A stretch of 64,000 nucleotides of DNA. It comes from Pristiophorus japonicus (Eukaryota). Location of the stretch: positions 225,928,001 to 225,992,000 of the forward strand of contig NC_091982.1 in assembly GCF_044704955.1 (NCBI RefSeq). Direction: 5' to 3'. Numbering within the stretch: the stretch's first letter is position 1; every line of letters begins with the position of its first letter. The notes under the pieces were generated by a model that was not told the origin of the DNA, did not search any database, and saw nothing but the letters and a program-made list of their open reading frames with translations. Both the position numbers and the translations under genes were made by a program. Positions 51,567-64,000 of this stretch are shown one piece after another.

Positions 51567-51877
51567 AACATAGAAAATAGGTGCATGAGTAGGCCATTCG
51601 GCCCTTCTAGCCTGCACCGCCATTCAATGAGTTCATGGCTGAACATGCAACTTCAGTACCCCATTCCTGCTTTCTCGCCATACCCCTTGATCCCCCTAGT
51701 AGTAAGGACTTCATCGAACTCCTTTTTGAATATATTTAGTGAATTGGCCTCAACTTTCTGTGGTAGAGAATTCCACAGGTTCACCACTCTCTGGGTGAAG
51801 AAATTCCTCCTCATCTCAGTCCTAAATGGCTTACCCCTTATCCTTAGACTATGTCCCCTGGTTCTGGACTTCCCCAA
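51567..51877 (-). mobile_element. CR1 3' fragment
   Basis: Nearly identical to 40410-40720; GKSRTRGHSLRIRGKPFRTEMRRNFF. Confidence 0.92.
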
Positions 51878-52308
51878 TAAAAATGAGGATCATTGGCTAT
51901 ATAACAAATAAAGGCAACAGTGAACATTCTTACTTGCTTTAAGCTGTGCAAACTATACATTGTACTTACCTTCTTACTGAATCAGGATTAGCCACCCAGC
52001 ACTCCATGGGGCGGACCTTCCGGTTGTTCACGTTCCATTTTCTGTCCCGGAGGCACGGCAATGAAGGCGGTGAGGTCTCCTGGGTGGGCGGTCAGCCTCT
52101 AGCTGGGGGTCTCCGGGGCCGGTTTTGCCGCGGCACTGAGCAGTACCACCTGGGACAGCTGCGCCGGTGTGCAATGCCCCTGGTTGCCACACCGGCCCGC
52201 TTTGAGTCCCACTCGACCCGTACACCCTGTAGTGTCCGTCTGTAAATATGGGCGGTCCAACCTATACCGACTGCAGAGAGGTAAGTAATGCCATCCTAAA
52301 GTAAACGT

Positions 52309-52517
52309 TGTGTATGGAGAAAGAGTTAGACTGAACACTGTGAGCTCAAAGTTAAGTGTGACCATAGTCTTTTATTGCAGGTCTCCAGAGTGCCTCTCCA
52401 ATCTGTTAAGCCTCCTTAAATACCTGTGCTCCCAAGGGATTATGGGATCCCTTTGGATGCCAGGGGATGAGCCCTCTAGTGGCTGTACAGAGTAAATACA
52501 AGTCCACATATATAACA
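52309..52517. mobile_element. Solo LTR (Gypsy-type)
   Basis: TG...CA, perfect 5-bp TSD AACGT (52304-52308; 52518-52522); homologous to 897-1109. Confidence 0.88.
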
Positions 52518-52699
52518 AACGTGATTGTTTTTTCTTTTAATTTTTTTTTGCGATTTATGTAAACTCGCCCTATTGGAAAATTTGTTTACCCGGAGTTGCC
52601 GAATCCCCAAACAATCCAGGTAAACGAGAGTTTACTGTAGTATGTATTGAAAAATGTAACTCTTAGCAGTGTATTAAATGGGTTTGTTACGGGTTTCAG

Positions 52700-52815
52700 A
52701 ATTCAAGAAGAACGTGATGAACGGCAGAAAACAAAAGGAGGTAAAGACACTCCTTTCAGGCCTAGTCGATTTGAACCTCTGCCATCAGAAGATTCTCCAC
52801 AAACTCGTCGCTCTT
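52700..52815 (+). CDS. U2SURP: U2SURP exon (IQEERDERQKTKGGKDTPFRPSRFEPLPSEDSPQTRRS)
   Basis: tttcag acceptor, T|GTGAGT donor, phase 2-1; IQEERDER, SRFEP and RRS anchors. Confidence 0.95.
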
Positions 52816-53299
52816 GTGAGTAAAATCTTTCTGATGTACCAGGACTATAATCCAGTCTGGTACGCTTTATTCTTAACAAGGGTTTGATTCAATTTTGGGT
52901 GTCTCAAATTAGCCCATGGGTCACGGTCAATGTGATTTGATTTGATGGTGTCGCTTTTAAAATTAGTTTGCCACGCAGCATTTGAGTTAACTTTATAATT
53001 GTTTTAATCTGAAAGTAGGCTTCTTGGGAAGAGTCCTAGTGAATGTTCTTAAAATAAGATTTCACCTCAGTGACTCATAACAACCAGATTTTAACCAAAG
53101 GTGTTCATTTTTTGGACATAGGGTTGCTTCCAAACCTCTGTTTAATTTTACAAATAACAATTGTGTATATGTGCATTCTGCCCAGCAGGAAACCAGAAAG
53201 TATTGTGCAGATTCAAAAAGGCACTTATTTTTTGTGACAAAAACTGATGCATTCTGGAAAATTGTACATGCTTGTCTTTATTTAGCAGTTAAATGTGAG

Positions 53300-53800
53300 T
53301 CATAGGATCACAGAACGGTTACAACACACAAGGAGGCCATTCGGCCCATCGAGCCCGTACCCAGCTCTCCAAGAGCACTTCAGCCAGTCCCCCTCCCCCA
53401 CCGTTTCCCCGCAGCCCTGCCAATTTTTATCCTTCAGGTACCTATCTAATTCCCTTTTGAAAGCCACGATTGATTCTGCCTCCACAGCCCTCTCAGGCAG
53501 GGCATTCAAGATCCTAACCATTCGCTGCACAAAAAAACATTGGCAAAAAAATCCAACGGTGACATGAGGCAATCACCTTAAATCTGTGTCCTCTGGTTCT
53601 TGACCCTTCCACCAATGGGAACAGTTTCTCTCTATCTACTCTGTCTCAGCCCTTTATGATTTTGAACACCTCGATCAAATCACCCCTCAATCTTTTTTGC
53701 TCTAAGGAAAACAACCCCAGCTTCTCCAGTCTATCCACATGACTGAAGTCCCTCATCCCTGGAATCATTCTTGTCGATCTTTTCTGTGCCCTCTCCAAGC
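53300..53800 (-). mobile_element. CR1 3' relic
   Basis: LERAQKRSTRMIPG...LFSLEQKRLRGDLIEVFK; QRMVRILNALP. Confidence 0.85.
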
Positions 53801-53881
53801 CCATTGCTGAATTTAATTTACTAATTGGAATATGTAGATGCTTCTCCTTTTGCAAGGCAAAAGTTTTTTGGAATGGGAACG

Positions 53882-54670
53882 GGAGCATAGTGGTTAAGTT
53901 ACAGGATGAGTAATCCAGAAATCTGGACTAATTATCCGGACCCATGAATTCAAATCCCAAAACGGCAGCTGTGGAATTTACATTCAGTTAATTAAATAAA
54001 TCTGGAACAGCTAGTGACCATGAAATGACCAGATTGTTGTAAAAACCCATCTGGTTCACTGATGTCCTTTAGGGAAGGAAATGTGCCGTCCTTCCCCGTT
54101 CTGGTCTATATGTGACGATAGACCCAAAACGCAGTTGACTCTAACGGCCCTCTAAAATGGTCCAGCAAGCCACTCTGTTGTGACAAACCATGACAAGAAA
54201 CAATAATAAAAATAAAACTGGATGGATCACCCGGTACCGACTTTGGCACCGACTTCGGACCCGACAACGGCACACCCAGCCGAATCGACCCTACAAACAT
54301 CTGGGGTCTTGTGCCAAAATTTGGAGAACTGTCCCACAGACTCGTCAAGCAAGAGCCTGACATAGTCATACTCACAGAATCATACCTTTCAGCCAATGTC
54401 GCAGGCTCCTCCAATACCATCCCTCTGGATATGTCATAAGAACACAAGAAATAGGAACAGGAATAGGCCATGCAGCCCCTCGAGCCTGCTCCGCCATTCA
54501 ATAAGATCATGGCTGATCTGATCATGAACTAAGCTCCACTTCCCTGCCCGCTCCCCATAACCCCATCACATGGACTGTAGTGGTTCAAGAAGGCGGCTCA
54601 CCACCGCCTTCTCGAGGGCAATTAATGATGGGTAATAAATTGCCAGCAATGCCAACTACCTGGAATGAAC
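53882..54670 (+). mobile_element. tRNA-headed, internally deleted CR1-group LINE derivative (CR1-B tip at 54435-54565 inside)
   Basis: A-box-like GCATAGTGG and B-box-like GAATTCAAATCCC; then APE N-terminus TNIWGLVPKFGELSHRLVKQEPDIVILTESYL (~54292-54390); then 3' end ggttcaagaaggcggctcaccacc...gggtaataaa matching 27400-27480. Confidence 0.78.
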
Positions 54671-55870
54671 TTTTTTAAAAAAACGTGTTTTTTTGGGTTG
54701 CCAGTTTTTTTCCCCTTTATTTCACTTTAAAACGTATGCTCTTCTCAAATATTAAATGCAGTTAAGTTACTTTTTGGGCACATAGAATGCCATCCTGTAA
54801 ACAGACACTAGGAGGTGCAGGAGAGCAGACTGAATAATTTTTTGCTCGAGCAGCTTTGTTGTGGCCCAATGTTTAAGAACTTGTCTCTGTCCTTTTTCAT
54901 GACCTTTGTATCCTGTTATTTGCATAGCCTGCCCTGTTGCAATTCTGGCTGATGGGCTCGCGAACAAGAGTCTCTGCCCATCACACAGTTCTTCATATCT
55001 ATATTGTAGATAAAAATCCTTTTTCATTTCTAATTGTAATTTTAATTTAAATATACTAAAAATCATCAGGGAGAAAGGGTGATCAAGAAAAGCAGATGCA
55101 TCTTCTATAATGTCAGTATCTGTCTGCCCTGGTCCGGACTGAGTGACAGTTGCACCGACTAATGGGCGATCAGGGCCCGCCTGGCCTCGCAACTAATCAG
55201 GGCGGGGAGCGATGGCTAGGTCTGCTGCATGAGTGGATGTGGTGGGGCTACTGGCTGCTGGCATGGGGGGGCAGGGCCTCCCCGGGCGTTGCTGCAGAAC
55301 CCTGAGGAGCGTGTGGGGGTGGGGGGGGGGGCGAAAAAGAGGGAGGGAGGACATCAGCGTTGATTCTATAGACAAAGAAGATAACGGTCTAAACCAGTAC
55401 AGTTGCGATAGATACTAATTTGACTGTAAATGTTTTGCGGGTCTCTGGTAGTTCTTAAGTAATATCTGATTATGCCAACGAAGGCTTGAATCTGTAACTG
55501 TACCCCCCCCCCCCCAGTCCCTTCAAAACCCACCGACTTATAGTGTTGGATTAATTCAGAGTTCTTTTCCCTCCCCCATCAAACAGCTGACAGTTAGGAA
55601 TAGGAAAATGCCACTGGACCAATTGATCTTTTTGAGCCCTTTTGCATACATCCACTTACCTGTCTTCTCACCATACAATTCAAATTAATATTTATGTAAT
55701 AGATACAGCTCTTCCTCGTTCTCTTCTCTCACTGATCACTTCAGTGGCCTTCACTTACCCATTGGTTAGAAAAGGTTGTGCTAAACTCCCTGTTTTTATC
55801 ACATTGTGTACATAAGATCAGTGCTACAAATGACGGTTGTCTAATACATTTGGCAGTGGACTGACTTTAA

Positions 55871-57351
55871 GGCCCCAAGTTTCCACATGATTTGCTCCTG
55901 ATTTTTAGGAGCAACTGGTGTAGAACGGAGTATCTTAGAAATCGGAATTCTCCAAATTTAGTTTTCTGCAGTTCTAGTCAGGTAGAACAGTTTCACTTTG
56001 GAACAGAATTTTTTTTTCAAAAGGGGGCGTGTCCGGCCACTGACGCCTGATTTCAAAGTTTCCACAGTGAAAACATACTCCAAACTAACTTAGAATGGAG
56101 TAAGTGAAGATTTTTGTACACTTGAAAAAACCTTGTCTACACTTTAAAAAATCAGGCGTAGGGTACAAATTAGGCATAGGGAATGGTGGGGGGGGGTGTT
56201 TAAAGGGAAGTTTACAAACATTAAACACTTCAGTTTTACAAAAAGAGCCATCAATAATAAATGATAAATACATCAATAAATCAACCAATAAATCAATCAA
56301 AAAAAATCAATAAATAAAACATTTTCTACTTACCGACTGCAGCACCGGGAGCCCTCCAACAGTGTGCTGGGATGCCCCCCTCTGTGTGTCTCTGTCAGTG
56401 TCTCTATCTCTGTCTGTCTGTGTGTCTCTCATTCTCTGTCTGTCAGTGTCTGTGTTTCTGACAGCGAGGGGAAGGAGGGGGTAGAGGGAGAGAGAGGGGG
56501 AGCAGAGGGAGGGGAGGGATGGGGGAGCAGAGGGAGGGGAGGGATGGGGGAGATGGGGGGGATGGGGGAGCGGAGGGATGGGGGGAGGGGGGGGAGATGT
56601 GGGGGGGATGGGGGAAAAGGGGGGGGGAAGGGATGGGGGAGAAGGGGAAGAGATTGGGGAAAGGAAGGAGATTGGGGGGGGAGAGAAAAGGAGATTTGGG
56701 GGGGGGAAAGGAGAAGGGGGAGGGAGGCTGAATGGGCCGGGCCCGAGACTTCGGGCAGGGCCCGTCTCCAGCACCAGATTTACAGGTAGGTGGCGTTGGG
56801 TCGGGGGGGGGGTGGTGGGAGGGAGTTCGGTTCGGGTCGGGGGTGGGGGGGTGGGGGGGGAGGGAGAGGAGGTCAGGTCGGGGGGGAGGGAGGTCAGGTC
56901 GGATCCAGTCCGGAGGCGGCGGGGGGGTCTGGTGCGGGTGTCGGGTCCGGGGGGTGGGTGGGGAGAGCGGGTGTCCGGGGCGGGAGCGGGTGTTGGGTTG
57001 GGAGGAAGCAGGAGCTGGGTGTGGGAGGAGCCTTATTCACGCAGCCCCGGTGAGGCCATTGGCCAGGGCTAAGGGCTGCGTGCTTCGGGCCCCTCCCACA
57101 CAGTTTCGGGCGCCTGGAGCTACTGCATTTGCGTGCCCACTGTAGCGCGCATGTGCAGAGGTCCCGGCACTGTTTTCAGCGCAGGGACCTGGTTCCGCCC
57201 CCTACAGCTCCTGCTGCGTTGCGCCGAGGGCCAGAGGACCTGCAGGGAGGTGGCGAATACGGAGGGTTTATTTAGGCGCACTTTGTGGCGCGAAAAACGG
57301 GCGTCCAGGTCTGGACTGCGCCATTCTAGGCGCGGCTCGAAACTTGGGCCC
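55871..57351. mobile_element. Non-autonomous PIF/Harbinger-like DNA transposon
   Basis: TIR GGCCCCAAGTTTC/GAAACTTGGGCCC, TAA TSD on both sides; homologous to 15142-16337 with an expanded G-rich core. Confidence 0.87.
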
Positions 57352-57622
57352 TAAGTGTGGTAAGCACAAGAAAAAATTTAACCTTTTATAGTAAGGAGTT
57401 TTATCTAGTGAGTGTTTGGTTCATGGGAGCGAATAGGAACTGGTATGGTCTGTTGGAATTGTGTGTTTGGACCTGATTTGCATTTGCAGTTGACTGCACT
57501 AAATGGTTTTTGCAATTTCTGTGGTCAGTACTGCTGGTTTTTTGGTCGCAGTACATTTCTACCTCGAGTCTCCGTATTTGAAAGCACAACACATTGAAAA
57601 AAAATATTATGTCTCTTTTCAG

Positions 57623-57655
57623 CGGAATCTTCCAGGAGAAACAGACAAACAAATG
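57623..57655 (+). CDS. U2SURP: U2SURP 33-nt micro-exon (SESSRRNRQTN)
   Basis: tctcttttcag acceptor, G|GTAATT donor, phase 1-1; SRRNR motif as in U2SURP. Confidence 0.88.
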
Positions 57656-57659
57656 GTAA

Positions 57660-57845
<186 letters not shown>

Positions 57846-59782
57846 TAATTCGAAGTGGCCAAAATGCAGCAGTGATCATCCAATGAAAACATATTCCGAG
57901 TTTAAAGGGGAATTCTAAATTTATTTTATTTGCGTGAGCATAGGGGAAAAATGTACACAGTCTTGTCAAATATATATTGATAGAATCCGTCCATTGATTA
58001 AGTCTGGCTCTCTGGGATTTGAGTGGTCTGTGGTAAATATACAACTGTCTAGACAATCGGGTGTAACACCCGTAGTAGGCTTGCCTGCTCTATAGCTGCT
58101 GGTTTACCAATTCTCAGGTTCCCTTCCCACCGCCCCCTCCCCATTCCTTCTCCATGCCCACCCACCCACTCCCACATCTGCTTTGAGCTCCACTGGATTT
58201 TTTGGGGGGGCCATCCTTTACATGTTTGAGTCCTGTACAGAGTCTTTTTTTGTGTTGATGCACTTAATAATAAAAAAAAAACTTTAAGCAGGATTCAAGC
58301 TGTGAATCCAAAGAGTCACCCGAAAAACCAGTAGTGGTCGTAGGAGTGGGCGGCGGAAGTGAAAGATGGAAAAGCCAATGGAAGGTTTCTCTGCACTCCA
58401 AGGTTGTGAAAGGGAGAAAAAGAAAGAAAAGCAGGCATGAAGTGAATATAAAATACAAAAGGAGAGGAGCTGAAAGAGGGCGGATCAGGAGAGCAGAAGG
58501 AAGGGACTTGGAGAAGGGGGTAAACAAGAGAAAGTGTTCAGAAACGAAAAAGAAAGAAAAGCAGTTTAATAAAACAAAATGAATGGTGAAGGAAGAGGAG
58601 GATATTCTGGTGATGTGTACAGGATAGGGCATGTCTGCAAAGAAGCGGCCCTGTTTACAATTTGAGTGTACGCTATGATGGAGAAGCTCCTACATGGGAT
58701 TGGGGCCGTGGTGATTCCACCGCTAAAGGAGTAAGGGCAGCTTAAGGTGAGGCCCGGCCCAGAATATCACTCCTAATGCTGGCGCTCTTCATTGGATGGG
58801 TTTGGAGTGCAGTGTCCCAAAATGAGACATCCAGTCATGGTCTAATGTTTCTAATAATGTGACACGCCAGTGTGCCCAGGGGTCATGAGAAACTGGAGAT
58901 GAAGTGCTAATACTGAGTATGAAGCCTTTTTTAACCATGAGGACTGCTTGGGTCATTATTATTTTTTATTGCTTTCCTCCAAGCCAAGCACCTCTGTCTT
59001 ATTTGGTGATTGTCACTCTTTTTTTTCTTCTTTTATTTAAGAGAGCAAAACTCTCGTGCCTTCTCCATTTATAAAGAAGCACGTTTGTTGTTATTTGCTG
59101 GGTTTTGCCATGCCACATGAGGTCACAGGTGCTCTGGAGTCAGCTACTTGAGGGTACCTTTCTTCAATAATTGCCGGCATGGACTGGTTGGGCCGAATGG
59201 CCTGTTTCTGTGCCGTATATCCTATGTAATATTTCATCGTTCTCTGTAGGGAAATGCCTCCCCTCTGCTGAATGGTTCTCGAGGAGCACAATTGCCATGG
59301 CTAGCATGCATAGCTGCTGTAAATGACTAAATGTAAAGAAAATTTAATATTGGACTGTGCCTAATCGATCTTGTTTATTTTTTTGAAATACAATTCTGGT
59401 GAAGAAGTTCGAAAACTTGAGTGGTTCATACAGGAAGAATTTACAGAATTTTGCCAGAATACCATACTTGTGTCCATGTACAAGAAACACTACATTAAAA
59501 AAAAGTTAATGGCAAAACAAATTACAGCAGCACCAAATGATTAAAAATAAGCTTTTGTTTCTGCTGCCTTTGAAGTGGACAAATTCTGTATATATTTGAA
59601 ACCACCGAATAAATCTATTCTGGCACATCAATTTGTATTCTCACATGAATTTGAAATGATTGTTGCGAAGGATTTATACTAGTGAAAAGTGAAACTGTTA
59701 TTTTGCTGCTTTGTAGCAAATTATTTTATCTAATCGCCTAAATTTAGTTGGCTTCCACAAAATGTTTCATTCTGATGTATAG

Positions 59783-59989
<207 letters not shown>

Positions 59990-60332
59990 TGAGTAGAAAG
60001 TATAATTATTTTTGAAAACATAACATTTTTTGTGCGCTTATCAAGGTGAAGTGATGGGAAATGGTTTTCAGTCTATACAGGGTACCTGTGTTCTGCATTA
60101 ACTGAATGGATTATACATCTGTCGGCCTCTCTCTTCTCTTGTGTTAAAGCTTTGTCTTCATCCATTCTTGCTGCGATGTGTCTTTGTCTGCCCCTCTTTG
60201 TACTTACTCCTGCTGTGTGCTTTATGCTTATTCTGACGTATGCGATATTGTAGTGTGATGTTTACAATCAAAAAGAGGTTCGAGAACCTTCAAAACAAAA
60301 CCAAAAAAATGTATTCCATCCAGTTTTAGTAG

Positions 60333-60602
<270 letters not shown>

Positions 60603-62902
60603 TAAAAAGTCTAGGTGAGAAGTCTGTCGGAATAGAAGTCACTGCATTTAAACTCTGCATTTGTGTATTGTGGTTCTAGTGTAGATTTTTTAAAATAAAA
60701 GTAAAATAAATTTTAATGGAGAACTGTGATAGGGTTTTGTTAGATATGTCTTCTGTATTGGTTAGTGTATGTTTCTTCAGGGATAGAAATCAACTCTTTT
60801 GTTTGTGATGTTTATACCGGATGCGCTTAATAGTATCAATTGCTGCAAAACATTTAAAATGGGAGAGTAGTTATTGCAGTTAGGTCGTAACAGCAAAAAC
60901 CTGTAGTAGACTCACTTAAGTATAGTTCTGATACAAGTCTTTACTTCAAGACTTAATTTTTATTTAAATTTCCCCCATGTCCATTGAAAGGCATAGAAGG
61001 AAGAAAGAGCATGCACTTATCTGTACTATAAATATTTGTTTAAAAACTGCAAAATAAGAGTATATAAGAATTTAAAGTGGGGATTGAAAAAAGACCATTC
61101 AACCTCTTCCTTCTACAGACCTTGCACAATTTGCCCTATTTTCGATTCTGCCCATACCTCTGAGGGAGTTCCTCTCTACCCAACAAAAGGCAACTGAGTG
61201 CAAACATAACACACACACTTTAATTGTGATGGGCTGACTTTGAGGTCTCTATATTCCCAGCAGCATGTAGCTCTGTGAAGTAGTGTTTCTCAAGATGGGA
61301 ATATAGCCTCCAATGAGGGAGGGCCAATTATTTTAGACCTCACTTAATCCTCCCATGAGGCAGAAAGCTTGCATTTAGTTTTGTAGTTTTTTTAAAAATC
61401 CAAGACTTATTTCCTTCATTTTCCTGTTCTCCCCACCCTCATCTTACTACTCTTCACTTCTGCCTCTAAATAGCTGCTAAATTCCATCAGCAAGCCTTTT
61501 TCATTGAAAAACTGTTGATGACTCCCACAGCACATCGATGCTACTTTGTAAGCTTGACATGCACTTTGTGATACAAGCTGATTTTAGGCTGCTTTCCCTA
61601 AAATCTGTTTTTCAAATGGGACATGCTACTACAGTGTGGTATTCCTATTGCTTGGCCTGGAGTGCAGACATCTGACACAATTTACCTGTTCTGTAGTTAT
61701 TGGTAGAAACCTCTTCACTGCAGTGATGGATTAACTTCTGAAATAATGCTTGCCTATCTTTTTGTGGAGAGGGTTTTGCAGAGATTGCTGGACAGTAAGC
61801 AAAACTCCAATCTGAGCTCTTCATCATAGCAGAAGGGAGGCTACCAGCACCAAACTAGATTGGGGGGGGGGGGGGGTGGTGTGCGTGGTTAGTTGCCACA
61901 ATTTGTGTAGTCGGACTTTCTTTTACCATTTTTCTCAACTCATTTGCTCCGTTTATCCACAAAGTTAATATTAATGAGCAGGTTATATCCTATTCCAGGC
62001 AGTTGATAGGAAGATATATCTTAATGTAGAATTGATCATTTTAAAGTTCCAACAAATTCAATATCTAAGTAATATCAAACAGCAGCAGAGAAAGTTGTAT
62101 AGTAGTTTCCAAAAGTTTTGCCTTGTTGGCTTTGTACATTTCTTCAGTATTTTGAATAGGTATTTAGATATATTTGCCTTTAGACTTGCTTTGTGCATTA
62201 GGTCTGGGACAAAGTATAAGATCATTAATTGGGCACGAGGTTTTAGATATATTTCTTAGTGTTGGCCTACATGAGTTTTTCATTTCAAATTAATTCATTT
62301 TTTGTAAATTGCAAAGTTAGATTGTACCGAGGGGTGGGGAGAGATGGGATATGTAAAACGTGACTATTCTCAAGAAGGTGTAACCTATAAGCCTCCAGGG
62401 TGAGTGGATTGCATATTTCTTGATTGAATTAAGGGTATCTCACCACTTCCAAGTCGAGCATTCTACATTCACATATCAACATGGTACAGTATTAAACTAG
62501 GTGCATGTGATATGCATCCTGCCCATTAAAATAACCATCTCGCCGTTTAATATTCTTCGGATATGGTGTGCAAAATATAAACTACCCTGATGAGCACCAG
62601 GAAAGGTTCCTACATTAAGCGTTTCTAGTATGAGGTTTGTCCTAGCTCTAATTCCATTGTCATGGTCGAGACAAATATCTACAATTATTTCTATCCCTGC
62701 TTTTCTATATTAGCACATTTCAGTTGTCTTTAATACATGCTTATACCTTTTTTAATTTGATAAGTGATTTAGAACAGTATAAATGTTGGCTTCTTGAAGG
62801 TTTTTAAAATGCATATTGTATTTATATTTTTGTGTACTTGCTGCTTAAGTTGCCAATACTCATATATCCTATCTTTATTATCTGATGTGACTTCATATAC
62901 AG

Positions 62903-62946
62903 ACTCTGTCGCACGCCATAGTCAAAGTGGTTATCCCAACAGAAAG
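62903..62946 (+). CDS. U2SURP: U2SURP exon (TLSHAIVKVVIPTER), just before the SURP domain
   Basis: catatacag acceptor, AG|GTACAC donor, 44 nt, phase 0-2; matches TLSQAIVKVVIPTER. Confidence 0.95.
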
Positions 62947-63779
62947 GTACACGTTTCTTCATTCATTTTTCATTGCTGCTGATAGTGGAAAGTGTCCCTT
63001 GTATAAAATGACTTCACATAATTTGTCAATCATGTGCTTTGGGTTAAGTTTCTGGATAGCTGAGCAATGGTTCCCTTAGAATGTTTGGGATAGTTGCTTA
63101 CAACACGAGAATTTACAGAATGCCTCACTCTGCCAGTTTACAGTAGGACAGTGTTAAATTGGTATGTTCAATACTTAGCCTAAGCCACGGGATGTGGGTA
63201 CAAAATTCAGCTGCATTTTTGTTGGTCACAGTTTTCCATGCTTATGCCAAATTGGCTGCAATTTAAATTGTTCAGATAACACTGGTTTGTCCCTTTTGAA
63301 ATCTTGCTTGTCTGATGCGATAGTGAAGGCGTGAAATTGAGTGAGTTACTGTCCATTTAGGACATGTTATAAATATTGAGTGTGTTGTGTTTACATAGAG
63401 CTGTATGGATTTGGGTTTACTGTGTACCGTCTATCATTGATGTCAATGGCAGCAGTTGTATCTGAATTAAATTTATCGAGCATTTAGATGCAAAAGCCCT
63501 GTTTTAGTCTGAAGTTTTGAATATTTAAACCTAAAAGCTTTGTTTTATCTATTTTCTTCAAGGTAATTGCAACTGTTAGTAAATATCACTTGGAAGTTTA
63601 TTGGGAATTACAAAATGTAACTTTTGTGAAATGACTGCATTTTTTTAAAACATGCATTTGGGACAATCCAATTGATGGTGTATTTGTCAACACTAGCTGG
63701 CTGGGTTTGCATGTATTTAACCAGAGTAACTCGAGTCAAAATCAAAACTTATGTCACTGGTGCACTCTGACTGTATGGC

Positions 63780-63851
63780 TCCTCGTTAGTATTGTGGTGA
63801 GCATCCCCGCTTGTCACGCGAGGGACCGAGATTCAATTCCCCGATGGGGTG
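63780..63851 (+). tRNA. tRNA-Asp(GTC) degenerate copy, probably a retro-pseudogene
   Basis: TCCTCGTTAGTATTGTGGTGAG...TTGTCAC...ATTCCCCGATGGGGTG; about 10 substitutions versus canonical vertebrate tRNA-Asp by eye, damaged B box, followed by an A run rather than a T terminator. Confidence 0.85.
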
Positions 63852-64000
63852 GAAGCATTAAAAAAAAATAGTTGTATAGTGATTGGCTGCAACATCAAGT
63901 TCATTGGATTGCTGTCTTGATGGGAAATAAAGCAGAATTTGTTAGTTGATTGCTGTATGTGCTCCTATTTATCAACCATCAACTATTAAGTGTGCAATTG

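Larger units (their letters stand above)
51479..52637. mobile_element. Tigger/pogo-like non-autonomous DNA transposon carrying nested CR1 and solo LTR
   Basis: TA TSDs (51477-78, 52638-39); TIR CAGTAAACTCTTGTTTACC vs rc CAGTAAACTCTCGTTTACC. Confidence 0.88.

Noticed and set aside
62587-62610. CTGATGAGCACCAGGAAA as a hammerhead or C/D snoRNA core
   Set aside because: No stem II pairing between the boxes and no supporting stems or D box identified.

Overview
Eukaryotic, transposon-dense vertebrate genomic DNA. The CR1/L2/RTE/Deu-SINE/Gypsy repertoire points to a cartilaginous fish (inference). The window holds the CpG-island promoter and 11 identifiable coding exons of a + strand U2SURP (SR140)-family splicing-factor gene: ATG at 3503, RRM exons at 57748-60596, gene continuing beyond 64000. 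Its large 5' introns are filled with nested retroelements: many CR1 LINE copies of several subfamilies, an L2, an RTE, a gag-deleted Gypsy provirus with both LTRs and a TSD, a solo LTR, Tigger/pogo-like and PIF/Harbinger-like non-autonomous DNA transposons, Deu-type SINEs and two degenerate tRNA copies. A second solo LTR and a SINE cluster lie upstream of the promoter. Most long ORFs in the track are TE fragments. No clearly new biological system could be demonstrated from sequence alone. The best leads are (i) an apparently ORF1-less CR1-group LINE with a tRNA-like Pol III head, (ii) a divergent N-terminus suggesting a U2SURP paralog, with a candidate poison exon and a candidate intronic terminal exon, and (iii) a palindromic Penelope-like relic with a degenerate hammerhead core. 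All alignments were done by eye, and TE boundaries without a TSD are approximate.
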